A stretch of 64,000 nt of DNA from Octopus sinensis (GCF_006345805.1 NC_043019.1:30379360-30443359), one strand, 5' to 3'. Positions 13,161 to 26,305 are shown, counted from the stretch's first letter. Notes: generated by a model from the sequence alone, not told the origin. Translations and numbers: made by a program.

Positions 13161-14252
13161 TTTTTTTACATTATTACCATTGTTAATATTATGATAAATC
13201 TGTCTAGTGTAAGTTCAAGAGCGGCAGTGTTGTGGCTGGGTCAGTCTGTGTGGAGTGATGTTGCATTGAGCAATAGGTGACAGTTGTGTCTCTGTGTGTA
13301 TATGTGTAAGAGAGAGAGAGAAATATGAAGAGACATTTTAGGAGAAATACAAGAGGACTATGACCAAAGTCTCACCACCAATGGCTTACTAGACAACGAC
13401 TCACAGACACTGACAAGGCTGAGGAGGGGAAGGAGAAAATGAACAAATTATAGTCAATCCATGTACCATATTCACTACACAATTTGACAGTTTTTTAAAG
13501 ACAGATTATCAACAACTGTCATAGGAATGATTGAAGTAATGTCTAACAGTTGAATTGGAGGAGACTAGTAATGATCTGTGTCAGCAAATGGAGTACTGAC
13601 AGCTCATAAAGGGAAATAAAAGTTGTTTTGCAGTAAGAAAGAAGATAGGGTTGATATTTCAAGCAGAGTCCTTTGTCAGAGGAGTGACAGAGGGTCCTGG
13701 CCAAAACATCAGAATTCTCTTCTTTCTCTGGGAAAATTAAATAATTCCATTTTTTTAAAGACTATTTGTGATAAAAACAACTTAGAATTGGTACCATTGT
13801 ATTTTACAAAAATCCATAAATAGTGTGGAGTGTGAGAGAGACATTTCAAATTTCTCTATATGATTACTCAACTTGCAAGAAATAATACCTAGACTTCTCT
13901 CAAACCACACCTTATCTAAAAGAAAGAAAGGAGGAACCATTAGACCAGTGATTCTCAACTGGGGTCCATATAAGATTTTGCTAAAAATTATCTGCAATGT
14001 ATTGATTATACTTTAATACAAAAAAATATAATTTTTTTTATACAATTCCAAAAAATAATATTTAATTATGAAAGAAATCAAATGGCTATGAGGGTCCACC
14101 AGAGTAAAACAAGAATAAAATGGCTGAGACAACATTATCATAGCTCAGATACAAGACTGAGATTAGCCTGGGGTTAAATAAGAAACAAACTATAACCATT
14201 TATACTAACTTCAAAACTATGCATCAGATAATTAGTCAGTCTCTGGACACAC

Positions 14253-14752
14253 TATCATCATCATTATCATCGTTTAAAATCTGCATTCCATGCTGGCATG
14301 GGTTGGATGGTTTGACTGAGGACTGGTAAGCCGGGAGGCTGCACGAGACTCCAATCTGATCTGGCAAGGTTTCTACAGTTGGATGCCCTTCATAATGCCG
14401 ACCCCTCCGAGAGTGTAGTGAGTACCTTTTAGTTGCCACCAGCACAGAGGCTGGTCAGATAGCACTGGCATTGGCCATGCTCGAATGGTGCTTTTTACAT
14501 GCCACTGGCACGGGAGCCAGCCAGGCAACACTGGCATCAACCACGATCAAATGGTGCTTTTTATGTGCCACTGGTATAGGAGCCAGTCAGGTGGCACTGG
14601 CATCGATCATGTTCGAATGGTACTTTTTACATGCAACGGTATGGGAGCCAGTGAGGTGGCACTGGCATCAACCACGCTCAAATGATGCTTTTTACGTGCC
14701 ACTGGTATGGATACCAGCCAGGTGGCATTGGCCATGATTACTATTTCACTTG
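14253..14752 (-). mobile_element. RTE-type 3' UTR-derived repeat with internal ~66-bp tandem units
   Basis: (CAT)n tail plus catgctggcatgggttggatggtttgac body shared with 55900-56806; about 4-5 units containing ggtgctttttacatgccactgg. Confidence 0.75.
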
Positions 14753-14889
14753 TCTAAAGAAAAGATGAAATGGCCATAGCTAGAACATTTTTGATTAAAG
14801 GTCTGCTGGATCAGGGCTGATGTTAAACAACAACTTTATATATCATCATCGCTTTATATCTATTTCCTCTAACACACCACCACACACTT

Positions 14890-15420
14890 CATTGTCAATG
14901 TTTTCAAGAGATTCAATATTCTGAGATCCTCCTTCACTTTTTCCCATCTCTTCATTTTCCCTCAAATTCCCTCTATTGTTGTCATTGTTTTCAAGCAGTC
15001 CAGTATTCTGAGACCCTCTTTCACCCCTTTTCCCCCATCTCTTTATCTTCCCTCACATTCCTTCTATGGGCTGCTTAGCATTTCTTTACATAGCTGCCAT
15101 CCTTCATATGCATCATATCTCTATGCCAGCTGGTTCCTTTTATATCTGGATTTCCTCTCAGATCTGCTCTGTTCTGTTCTTCATGTACACTAACATTACA
15201 CATCCAGCAGAGTATGCTCTCATATCTTCCTAGCTTCCATACATATTCAACATTCATTGCCCATTCTTTGCCACCATGCATCATCAGAGAATTTACTTTT
15301 TACTTAAGAGAAACCCCTTTTGTTGCTAGCAATAGTAATAGCACTCTTGAATTTTTTTCCACTACAGCCATAATCTGGCTATTATGTTTCAAATCATCCA
15401 AATTCACTACTGATTAGGTC
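14890..15420 (-). mobile_element. Decayed RTE-clade LINE ORF fragment
   Basis: ORF 15075-15284 (HGGKEWA...ILCWMCNVSVH...YVKKC) resembles the post-RT region of RTE ORFs; the last ~88 bp are tandemly duplicated (14890-15068). Confidence 0.65.
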
Positions 15421-16747
15421 CACTTGGTTAAAAGAACCAGCTGTCTAAGTTACCAGGGTAACAGAAATTGCATGCGCACATACACACACATGCATGCATG
15501 CACGCAACTACTGAAGGAAAACTTAAAACAACACCAGGCAAACGCATAGATGTGATTAGAAACTTTGCTTCACAATCACATGATTCTGGGTTCAATCCCA
15601 ATGTGTGGCCTCTTGGGCAAGCATTTTCCACCAAAGCCCCTGTTGGAGCTGTTGTAAGTGAAAACAAGTAGACAAACTGTGTAAAATCCTGTTGATGGAT
15701 TGCACCAATTCATGAGTGGTAGACTTACTTCATTACTCAATTTAACTTAACGACTTGGTCTTTGAGTATGAGCATTCAGAACAGCGCCAGTTCTGGAGGC
15801 CCTGCACTAAACTTCCTCATCTAAATAAATAATCTTTTTATTCTTTTGCTCGTTTCAGTCATTTGATTGCAGTCAAGCTGGAGCAATGCCTTGAAGGGAT
15901 TTTAGTTGAATAAATTGACCCCAGGACTTATTTTTTAAGCCTAGTACTTATGCTATCGACCTCTTTTGCTGAAATGCTAAGTTACAGAGACGTAAACACA
16001 CCAACACCAGTTGTCAAGCAGTGATGAGAGGGCAAACGCACACATTCACACAGCAGGCTTCTTTCAGTATCCATCTACCAAATTCACTCATAAGGCTTTG
16101 GTCAGCCCAAGGCTGAAATAGAAGACATTTGCCCAAGGTGCCACATAGTGGGACTGAACCTGGAACTATGTGGTTGGGAAGCAAGCTTCTTACCACCCAG
16201 CCATGCTTGCACCTAAAAGAATAAAAATTAATAAGCCTTCATGTGTAATATCAAAGTTCATAGACAATATAAGTATTAATCCTTTAGCTATCATATTTCT
16301 GTTTATTACGTTTATTGCAATTAATTTTGAAAATAATGAAGAATTTAATAAGTTGGGGTTTGGAACATAAATTAATATGGAATTTTGATGGAAGATTCTA
16401 ATTTAGATTGCTTTAAAACAGGACATTTGTATCATGGAACCACGAATGGTCTTCGGTGGGTTGGTTTCAAAAGGGTTAAACTAATCTCAGGTAAGGCGGT
16501 GAGCTGGCAGAAACGTTAGCACACCAGGCGAAATGCTTAGCAGTATTTCGTCTGCCGCTACGTTCTGAGTTCAAATTCCGCCGAGGTCGATTTTGCCTTT
16601 CATCCTTTTGGAGTCGATAAATTAAGTACCAGTTATGCACTGGGGTCGATGTAATCGAATTAATACGTTTGTCTGTACTTGTTTGTCCTCTCTGCGTTTA
16701 GCTCCTTGTGGGTAGTAAAAAAAATAGGTAGGGCAGTTTTATGACAT

Positions 16748-16964
16748 TAACCCTTTAGCATTTAAACTGGCCATTCTGGCCCAAATATTCTATTCCTTTT
16801 ATGTTTATACTGTTTTCACTGGCCAGAACTGGCCTCTCACACCTAACCTACAAATGTCATTCTAAAAATAAACAATCACATCATCTAAATCTTGAAGCTA
16901 CAAGATAATAAATGAATAAGTAAGCATTACATTTGACAGAGTACTCTGAATGCGGAAGGGTTAA
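16748..16964. mobile_element. ~220-bp piggyBac-like MITE family (other copies ~8957-9408, 26507-26740, 49360-49571, 51632-51868, 54112-54326, 54436-54708)
   Basis: TTAACCCTTTAGCATT...AATGC(T/G)(A/G)AAGGGTTAA termini and shared interior (agaatgacattgtagggtaggtgtgagaggcc). Confidence 0.85.
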
Positions 16965-17077
16965 CCCTTACGTTTTCTTGAAACAAGCAGATATTAGTAG
17001 CAGATAACTATGAGAGATCTTACTAATGAAAGCATATATCATAACACATTCAGCTAGGTAAAATCAGTTCTTTGAAG

Positions 17078-17440
17078 CAGTGATTTGGTGCACTACCATG
17101 GCATACTGGTATACCGTGACATGCTGGTGTACCATAACACACCGAGTCATCGTACACTTGTGTGTACCAATTTACTACTGAGTTGTGTGTAGTGTGAAAA
17201 CAACAGAATTATGTTTAAAATATGTGAAAAATACAAACTGAAATTTAAATATAAAATTTTAGTAACCACATTCCATTTCTTAATGTTTTGTAGTTATAAT
17301 TAGTCATATGTATAAGTTTAAATATATAACTGTATTTTTATAAATGCATTTTCTTTTCACTTTGCATGTAAAGTATACTGAAATATTTTTATTTTCTCTA
17401 AAGTGTGCCACACACAAAAACGTGTTTAGAGAAATTACTG
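17078..17440. mobile_element. Older hAT-family MITE
   Basis: CAGTGATTT...AAATTACTG termini; degenerate 8-bp TSD CTTTGAAG/CTTTACAG. Confidence 0.6.
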
Positions 17441-18972
17441 CTTTACAGAGTCACACACTAGATCCTCTATAATGTGGGATCAAATAAATTGCAACCCACT
17501 CTCCTGGGGCCAAATACATAACAACAACCAGTTCAAGAGGTGATAGGATCAAACAGTGTAGGAATTGTTGTTTGTGTGTACTAAAGAGAAACACTTAAAG
17601 TTGCATATTTGATGTCGGGATTTCAGTAGCAGACCTTCAAAGAGGTGGGGGTGTTTTCACATGTGATACTGATGTACTTCAATCCAGAGGGGAGCGATGG
17701 AAGGTTAATCTTAGTTAATCATGACAACCATGGCTAATCCTACAGCCTGAAGAGTCCCCTAGTAGTCTTAGGGAAATGTGGGCACACACAAACACACACA
17801 TGCCCCTGGTGCTTCCAATAAAACATTTTAATATATTATCAAAACTATTTCAACATTCATATTTGTTTTTCTAAGATTTTGATGCTTGTTCAAATAAAAA
17901 CCAAATAGTTTAAATATTTTAGAGTGCTACTACATAGCTCAACACAGCATCAATACCAAACTCCATATGGTACCCATACTTAAATCTACATAATTCCAAT
18001 ACTAAACTATTAAATATTGTAACCAAATTCTAAATAGTGTCATCGACGCTAATTTCAGGTCGTTTAGTGATTCTTTTCATTTTTATCACTTTTATTCTCT
18101 GCTAGTCTACATTACATAGCCTACATGACTACAGCTATACACACACAGCATTTATATACAACACAACAAATCCAGCATTTACTATAAACAAATGTGGCCT
18201 TTAATAGTGTTTGTTTATTAATACTAAACGCGTTTATTTACCAAGTGAATAACTAAACTGGAACATTAAAAACAACTGATTTCTGTCACAAGCTGGCATA
18301 ATGCCACAAATTTTGAAAGTGAATACAGTTAATTAAACCAACCCCAGTTATTGATTTAATACTATTTTATCCAATCCCTGTGAAAATAAAAAGGCAAATA
18401 AACAAAAATTGAAAACCAAAAAAAAACATTTTGTTTTCAAAAGTTAACCTTGGTGTGATTTGAACTCGGATATAAAAGAATAAACTCTCACAAAATATTT
18501 TGTATGAAGCTATACTGATTCTGCCATAATAACAATAAATGTCCTTTGTTCAAAATTGGCCTCTGTATAATTACGTGTGCAATAGATAAGAAATACTGTA
18601 ACAGCTTTATTTATGCCTGATAGCATCACACACAAGAAAGTTCAATGAAGATGAGATTAAGAAAGAGAAACAAAAAAATGAAATAAATAAATAAAATAAA
18701 GACAATACTGTTTTAAATTCAAGATCTGAGAATCCTGTTAGAAAGTAAGAAATAATTTGAAATAAATACTTAACTATGGAACAGTGAATAATATCCATAA
18801 ATATCGCAGTAAATAATTTCACGTGGAGTGGATGTAATAGAAACCAGAAAAATATATATGTCCAGAAAGAATATCAAAAGACAGTCTTAAGATAGTCTTT
18901 GCCGCTGCTATTTCAGACTTGAAAAAATGCCTTATGTTGGCACTTTATTCTTCGTTTGTTTTTGAGTTTTAT

Positions 18973-19067
18973 TTAATTTTTTTTTCTCTTTTGGTTGATT
19001 TGTTGTGTTTTAAGATGTACTTGTGGAGTGTTATTAAATCTGGGAATATAGTTTCCTTCTTTAGAAG
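18973..19067 (-). CDS. Candidate alternative terminal exon (phase 1: ASKEGNYIPRFNNTPQVHLKTQQINQKRKKN*)
   Basis: Long AG-free pyrimidine-rich tract with TGCTGC ending ttcctttag; followed by A/U-rich sequence with AATAAA (e.g. 18606-18611). Confidence 0.25.
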
Positions 19068-19607
19068 CTAAAGGAACCAACCAATCGGTAGAGGGTACAT
19101 GTAGCCAGGTTGGCAGCAGAGAAAGTAAACTTAATAAATATCATAAGACTTGTGAGAGATGCCACATATGTGAACTTCACATTTACATGAAACCTTCCCC
19201 TCTCTTTCTCTCTCTCTCTTCATGAATGTACAAAAGTTACAGTAACCCAGTTTTGCAACTAGAATTATATATACATCCTTTGTGCTGAAAAACTACATAT
19301 GTGTCAGTTAAGTGGGGAGAGGAGAGAAAAGAAAAACTTAAAACTATAGTGTAATTAATTTCTACCATTAACCCACAAGCTAAATTATTTTTTTCATTCT
19401 TTTTCATTATTTAAAAAAAATTTTTTTTAATCATTGGACTGAGGCCATACTGGGGTACCACACTCAAAGGTACAGTTGCCTGGTATTTATTTTAACCTTG
19501 GAAGGATGAAAAACAAAGATGACCTGGGCAGGGTTTGAACTCAGAATGTAAAGGGCTGTAACCAAATACAAGGTAATCTGTCTCGTGCAATATTGATGGC
19601 CTGCAAG

Positions 19608-19670
<63 letters not shown>

Positions 19671-20180
19671 AACGATGGGCTTCTTTCAGTTTCCATCTGC
19701 CAAATCCACTCACAAGGCTTTGGTCATCCCAAAGCTATAATAGAAGATACTTGCCCAAGGTGCCATGCAGTGGGACAGAACTTGGAACCATGTTAGTAAG
19801 AAGCTAGCTTCTTACCACACATCCACATGTTCTGAGTTCAAATTCTGCCGAGGTTGACTTTACCTTTCATCCTTTGAGGGTCAATAAAATAAGTACCAGT
19901 TGGACACTGGGGTCGATGAAATTGACTTACCCACTACCTGAAGTTACTGGCCTTGTGCCAAAATTTTAAACCAATACAAGGTAGTGTTATAGCGGAAACA
20001 GTACAATGCCTTGTGATATTTTACTTATACCACCTTTATGCTGTAAGTTAACATCTTAATAGATTTCCTTTGGCTTACATAAGAATCACTCAAGTACTGA
20101 AGTTGATTCATCCATCTGTGCCCAACCCCACTTTACAAATGTGTGACCTTGTTACAATGAGAGAAATCATTACTATTATC

Positions 20181-21195
20181 ACTGAGCTGGCAGAATTATA
20201 TGCCAGACAAAGCACTTAGCGGGTATTTCTTTCAGCTCTTTACATTCTGTGTTCAAATTGTGCCAAGGTTAACTCTGATTTCTATGCATCTGGGGGTTAA
20301 TAAACTAAGCACTAGTTTAAGGCGGCGAGCTTGCAGAAACGTTAGCATGCCAGGCGAAATGCTTAGTGGTATTTCGTCTGTCGCTACGTTGTGAGTTCAA
20401 ATTCCGCCGAGGTCAACTTTGCCTTTCATCCTTTCGGGGTTGATAAATTAAGTACCAGTTACGCACTGGGGTCGATATAATCGACTTAATACCTATGTCT
20501 GTCCTTGTTTGTCCCCTCTATGTTTAGCCCCTTGTGGGTAGTAAAGAAATAGGTATTTCATCTGTCGCTACGTTCTGAGTTCAAATTCTGCTGAGGTCGA
20601 CTTTGCCTTTCATCCTTTCGGGGTCGATTAAATAAGTACCAGTTACGCACTGGGGTTGATATAATTGACTTAATTCGTTTGTCTGTCTTTGTTTGTCCCC
20701 TCTGTGTGTAGCCTCTTGTGGACAGTAAAGAAATAAGTTGAACACTGGGGCTGATGAAATCGACCAGTCTCTTCTCACCAAGTTGTGTCTACACTAGAAA
20801 GGAAGGCAAGGTCAACCTTAAATGCTGCTGAGACTGACTTTGCCTTTTATCTTTTTGGCACGGTTCGATGAAAATAAGCACCACTCAAATACTGAGGTTG
20901 ATGTAATTGACTAACCCCCTACCCCAAAGTTTCAGGCCCCGCACCTATAGTAGAAAGAATTATTATTATTATCATTATTAATGCAGCGAGCTGGCAGAAG
21001 CAGTAGCATGCCAAGTAAAATGCTTAGTGGCATTTTGTCCATCTTTACGTTCTGAGTTCAAATTCCACTGGGATCGACTCTGCCTTTCATTCTTTCAGGG
21101 TCGATAAAATAAGTACCAGTTGAGTGCTGGGGTCAATGTAATCAACTTACCCCCTCCCAGAAAATTGCTGGCCTTGTGCCAAAATGTGAAACCAT
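20181..21195 (+). mobile_element. Cluster of nested/tandem SINE family A copies
   Basis: Repeated gttcaaattccgccgaggtcgactttgcctttcatcc units; dimer at 20320-20737. Confidence 0.85.
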
Positions 21196-21235
21196 CATCA
21201 TCATCATTAATATTATTATTATTATTATTATTACA

Positions 21236-21560
21236 GTGGCTCAGTGGTTTGAGTGTCGAGCTTACGATCATCAGGTTGTGAGTTCGAATCCCGGACTGGG
21301 CTGCGTGTTGTGTTCTTGAGCAAGACACTTTATTTCACGTTGCTCCAGTTCACTCAGCTGTAGAAATGAGTTGCAACATTCACAGGTGCCAAGCTGTATT
21401 GGCCTTTGCCTGTCCCTTGGATAACACTGGTGGCGTGGAGAAGGGAGGCCAGTATGCATGGGCGACTGCTGGCCTTCCATAAACAACCTTGCCTGGACTT
21501 GTGCCTGAGAGGGTAATTTTCTAGGTGCAATCCCATGGTCAGTCATGACCGAAGGGTATC
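21236..21560 (+). mobile_element. SINE family E (tRNA head + CORE-like domain); second copy 1770-2095 (-), related head at 36375-36575 (+)
   Basis: TGGCTCAGTGG and GTTCGAATCCC boxes, tcttgagcaagacactttatttcac core, two alignable copies. Confidence 0.85.
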
Positions 21561-21638
21561 TGAGCACAGAAAATAGCTGGTAGAATCAATACGAGGCCAG
21601 ACAAATTTAAAAAAAAAAAAAAAAAACCTGTGCTGTAT

Positions 21639-22029
21639 GGCGCAGGAATGGCTGTATGGTAAGTAGCTTGCTAACCAACCACATGGTTCCGGGTTCAGTC
21701 CCACTGCATGGTATCTTGGGCAAATGTCTTCTGCTATAGCCCCGGGTCGACCAGTGCCTTGTGAGTGGATTTGGTAGACGGAAACTGAAAGAAGCCCGTC
21801 GTATATATGTATATATGTGTGTGTGTCTGTCTCCCTAGCATTGCTTGACAACCGATGCTGGTGTGTTTACGTCCCAGTCACTTAGCGGTTCGGCAAAAGA
21901 GACCGATAGAATAAGTACTGGGCTTACAAAGAATAAGTCCCGGGGTCGAGTTGCTCGATTAAAGGCGGTGCTCCAGCATGGCCGCAGTCAAATGACTGCA
22001 ACAAGTAAGAGAGCAAAAGAGTAAAGAGT
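21639..22029 (+). mobile_element. SINE family B (tRNA head, CORE-like cttgggcaa(g/a)tgtcttct, central (TA)/(TG) microsatellite, (AAGAGT)-type tail), full length
   Basis: Many copies: ~248-565-, 4711-5035-, 6648-7425-, 15840-16212-, 23662-24185+, 24188-24340-, 27581-27982-, 30970-31634-, 41537-42125-, 53635-54089+, 57306-57680-, 61073-61420+. Resembles the octopus OK/OR class; exact name not verified. Confidence 0.9.
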
Positions 22030-22366
22030 GTATAATAGTTATAGCTCTTTATGGTCTGAGTTTTTAATCTAACCAAGTCAACTTTACTTTTCATCATTCC
22101 AGACTTGACAAAAGAAGTATAAGTCAAGTACTGGTGTCAACACAACTATTTTCTCCTTAAAAACTTGACGCTTAGTACCTACGTCAAAGGCTGATTTTAT
22201 ATTTTTACTCACAAAATGAGACACAGTGCTTGCGCTTGTGTGTGTGTTTATATCTCATGTTTAAGGTCTGGTGTATAAATGTCACAACATTTATATATAT
22301 ATATATATATATATGTGTGTATATATATATATGTGTGTGTGTGTGCATATATATATGTGTGTGTGC

Positions 22367-22426
<60 letters not shown>

Positions 22427-23574
22427 TTGTGAAGAGAGAGGGAGAGAGAGAGTTCATATTTCTAAGTTTAACACAAAAGGAAGAAGTTACATACACATCT
22501 AGTTCCAAATTAGTCAGAAGAACGCCATTGGTTACCAAATTGGCCGTGACTTCTGGTTCGTTAACCCATGGCAAAATGTTGGTTTAACTTTGCCAAAAGA
22601 TCGCAGGTCACGGTAATATATAGGAAATGCTACTTAGCTACATGTGTGGGTTCGGTTCGGTTGAGGGGTTATGCACATAAGGAAAGTCATGTGGTTGAAA
22701 AAACAAAAAAAAAAAAGTTTACTTTGCAATGGCATGATTTTAGGTTCAGTTCCAATCTGCAGAACCATTGAAGCATATTTTTAAGTCAAATTTGATTGAA
22801 TGAAATTGCAGAAACCCAACACACACATACTGGCCATCTTTGCACTCTCCTGTCTCAAAAAACCACTTTCTCTTTATCTTTCCTCTTCCAATCACTTCAG
22901 TAATCTAACTTACATAGTGCTGTTGGTAATTTATTTTCCCTTCTTTGGACTTTTCCCTTTCTTTCCTTCTTTCAACTTTTCCCTTTCTGACAAAGAGCTG
23001 TGCTCAAAACGGCAAAAATTCTCTGTACCTAATCCAGTTTGAACAATACTAAATTCTTGAGTAAAAGATATTTATTTTATTTATAACAGAAACCTCCCCC
23101 CCCCCCAGTTATTGACCTACATTGAGTTAGATCAATGTAAATGTAGTTGAAAACATTTAATCACACTTTAAATGGTCAACAATGCTCACAAATCTGTCTT
23201 TGATGAACTCAAACTATTCCTATTTTAAAACTTTGTACCCAATTTTTTTATTATTATTATTATTATATATAGGAAACAAACGCAGAAGCATTGAGAACTA
23301 TGTAATTAAGACTTTAATAACAATGTGTCTCAAAGTACATCATTAATAAAACATCTTTCCAGAATTAAAAAAAAATTTTTATTACATGTTTCTGCGATAG
23401 GGTTATATTAAATAACAGACAGACTGGCAGACTGGAAGTAGCCTTGAGGTAGAGAGGACATGTCTTTGATGAGGTTGCAAATGGTGTCAAAAGGACTTTG
23501 ACAAGCCTAGTTGGTTAATTGAAGGGTTAACCAATTGAGTCATAAAAATAAAGAAGTGGAATAAAACTGCTGGC

Positions 23575-23646
23575 AGCAGAGTGGTGCAGTGGAAGCGTGC
23601 TGGGCCCATAACCCAGAGGTCCGTAGATCAAAACTATGCTCTGCTA
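23575..23646 (+). tRNA. tRNA-iMet: Initiator tRNA-Met (CAT), possibly degenerate copy
   Basis: 72-nt AGCAGAGTGGTGCAGTGGAAGCGTGCTGGGCCCATAACCCAGAGGTCCGTAGATCAAAACTATGCTCTGCTA folds as a cloverleaf with A1-U72, GGG/CCC in the anticodon stem, CAT anticodon and an initiator-type T-loop. It matches the conserved metazoan iMet sequence apart from three apparent transitions. Confidence 0.9.
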
Positions 23647-23826
23647 AGCGTATTTCCTTTAGGCGCAAGAGTGGCTGTGTGATAAGTAGGTTGCTTACCA
23701 ACCACGTGGTTCTGGGTTCATTCCCACTGCATGGCACCTTGGGTAAGTATCTTCTACTATAACCTTGGACTGACCAAAGCCTTGTGAGGGTATTTGGTAG
23801 ATGGAAACTGAAAGAAACCCATCATG

Positions 23827-23857
<31 letters not shown>

Positions 23858-23912
23858 GTAGGTCCCGGGTTGATTCGGGGTTAACCACAGTAAATAAGGT
23901 ACTCAATACATA

Positions 23913-23987
<75 letters not shown>

Positions 23988-25532
23988 TATATATGTGCCT
24001 GTGTTTGTCCCTCCACTATTGCTTGACAACCAATGTTGGTGTGTCTATATCCCCGTAACTAAATAGTTCGACAAAAGTGACCAATAGAGTAAGTACTAGG
24101 CTTGCAATGAATAAGTCCTGGGGTTGATTTGCTCAACTAAAGGTGGTGCTAGCATAGCTACAGTCAAATGACAAACAAATAAAATAGCTTTCAGTTTCCG
24201 TCTACCAAATCCACTCACAAGGCTTTGGTTGGCTCAAGGCTATAGTAGAAGACACTTGCCCAAGGAGCCATGCAGTGAGAATGAACCCAGAGCCATGTGG
24301 TTGGGAAGCAAGCTTCTTACCACACAGCCACTCCTGTGCCTGGTTAACTATATCTTTTTCCATCACTGCCCACAGGAAATGGAATGAGGCTAGGAGTGAG
24401 TAGATCAGACCTAATTTAGTTTCCACTAAATTAGCACTAACCAACCATCAAAGTCATCTCCAGGTGTGTGTGTGTGCATGCATGTATATATATCATATCC
24501 ATATGTATGTGTGAGTATGTATTAACAGGGGTGCAATAGCAATAGGCAAAGAATACTCCTTCCCGATTGCAGGTGGCTGTTATATACAACAGCTGACAGT
24601 CTTCATATTCAAGTCTTTTGTCCTTATAATTTATTCACAACATTTATATTTATATAACAAACAAAAAAAAAAGCCCCCCCTCAAATCCTCATTCTACAAA
24701 TGCTTTCAACCAGAAATAACAGAGAAACTTCCGAGAAAGAGCTTTTGTTTTCTGAACTAGACCAGAAATTAAAAAATTTCCAGGTGAAAGATCAAAGAAA
24801 TTATAAGGCTTCCAAGTGAACTTAGGTCACATTCTATTACAATTTCCCCAATAACATAAGCCAATGAGAGAGCAGCCATGCAATTGCTTGACCTAGAAGT
24901 AGCAGCCAAATCATGCTTGAATTGCATCCAACCATCTTAGAACAAAAAGACAAAAAGTAAAAAGTGAACTTTGAACTGTATAGTCACAGATACACAATCT
25001 AACTGAATGGAAAGCTTTCCTAATAGTATAATAGATCTGCTGACCTTTGGCCAAACAACAAAAAATATGCATTATTACCAAAGCCAGTTTGTCAAGCAGT
25101 AGAGGAGGACAAAGACACAAACACACCACACATATACATACATTCAGTTTCCATCTATTAAATCCACTAACAAGGCTTTGGTCAGTATGGGGCTACAGAA
25201 GAAGACACAGCAGGACTGAACCAGAACCATGTGGTTGGTAAGCAAGTTTCTTACCACACAGTGACACCTGTGTTTATTTTACCTCACAATCATGCCTGTT
25301 GCTGTTGATTTATTTAAGAAATTCCTTTCCTAAGAACTGGTGTGGTGGTGCTGATGATGGTGGGAGCAAATTGAAGAAGGGCCTTGCTGCATGTCAGATG
25401 GGGTGGGGTCATTATTTCATGTAGAGATGCATGTTTCTTGTTGCTGGTTGACCGAAGGTCAACCTAGGGTCAACAGATCTATTATACTATTATCGAAGTA
25501 TTCCATTCAGTTAAACTGTTATAAAATAGTTG

Positions 25533-25932
25533 GGATCTTTTAAGTTTTTTAAAATAATTTCCATGTAACTAAACACTTTTAAACTTCGTATACTGGTAGA
25601 ATGTGTTTATGAAACATCTTTTTCTCTTGGCTTTATTGAGAAAATTCTATAGTTTGTAAGATATTTGTTGTTTTTCTTCTTCTTCAATTTCAACCAATCA
25701 ATGACGTCTATTGAGGTGAAAACATTCTGTGCCATATGAATATGTCCCTCGTTTAAGAAACAGATTGGGTTTATTTACATTTCTGAAGAAAAAAAGATAC
25801 CTTTCCTCTCACCCCAAACCCTAACCCTAAAACAGATTGAAATGCAATAGATCGATACCAGGGTCATAATTATGGGTGACAATTTCATATGACACTGCTA
25901 GAAAAAAACTGCTGTTCAAACCGAAAAGATCC
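25533..25932. mobile_element. Non-autonomous DNA transposon (MITE), Merlin-like
   Basis: Termini GGATCTTTT...AAAAGATCC; 8-bp TSD AATAGTTG (25525-25532 and 25933-25940); highly similar inverted copy at 32220-32633. Confidence 0.85.
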
Positions 25933-26305
25933 AATAGTTGGCATTAGGAATGGCATCCATCTGTAGAAATCATGCCAAAACTCAGATACAGGAGCAAGAT
26001 ACGCTCATTCAACACATTGGATCTTGCTGAACAATGCAATCCAAACCAGCAATGGGAGGCACACAAGAAATGGTGACAAGACTTGGAAACTCTGCTTTTA
26101 CTTAAGCAAAGGAGACATAAAGATGAAGGCACTGACCCCACCCAGCAAATCATCGCACATTTTGTCACATAGTGGTTTAGTTTCCCACATGTGGTTTTCA
26201 TTTAGCACGGGGGGGGGGGGAGGGAAAAAATATAAACTTAGCTAACTGGGACAACGATTCCCAAGTAATAAGTATACATATACACAAACATTGGCATGTA
26301 CATAC

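Noticed and set aside
14440-14745. CRISPR-like regularly spaced repeats
   Set aside because: The intervening sequences are homologous to each other, the array is part of a dispersed retroposon, there are no cas genes and the context is eukaryotic.
25812-25830. Telomere-like CCCTAA repeats (and TTAGGG at ~32320)
   Set aside because: Only about two units, internal to both MITE copies.
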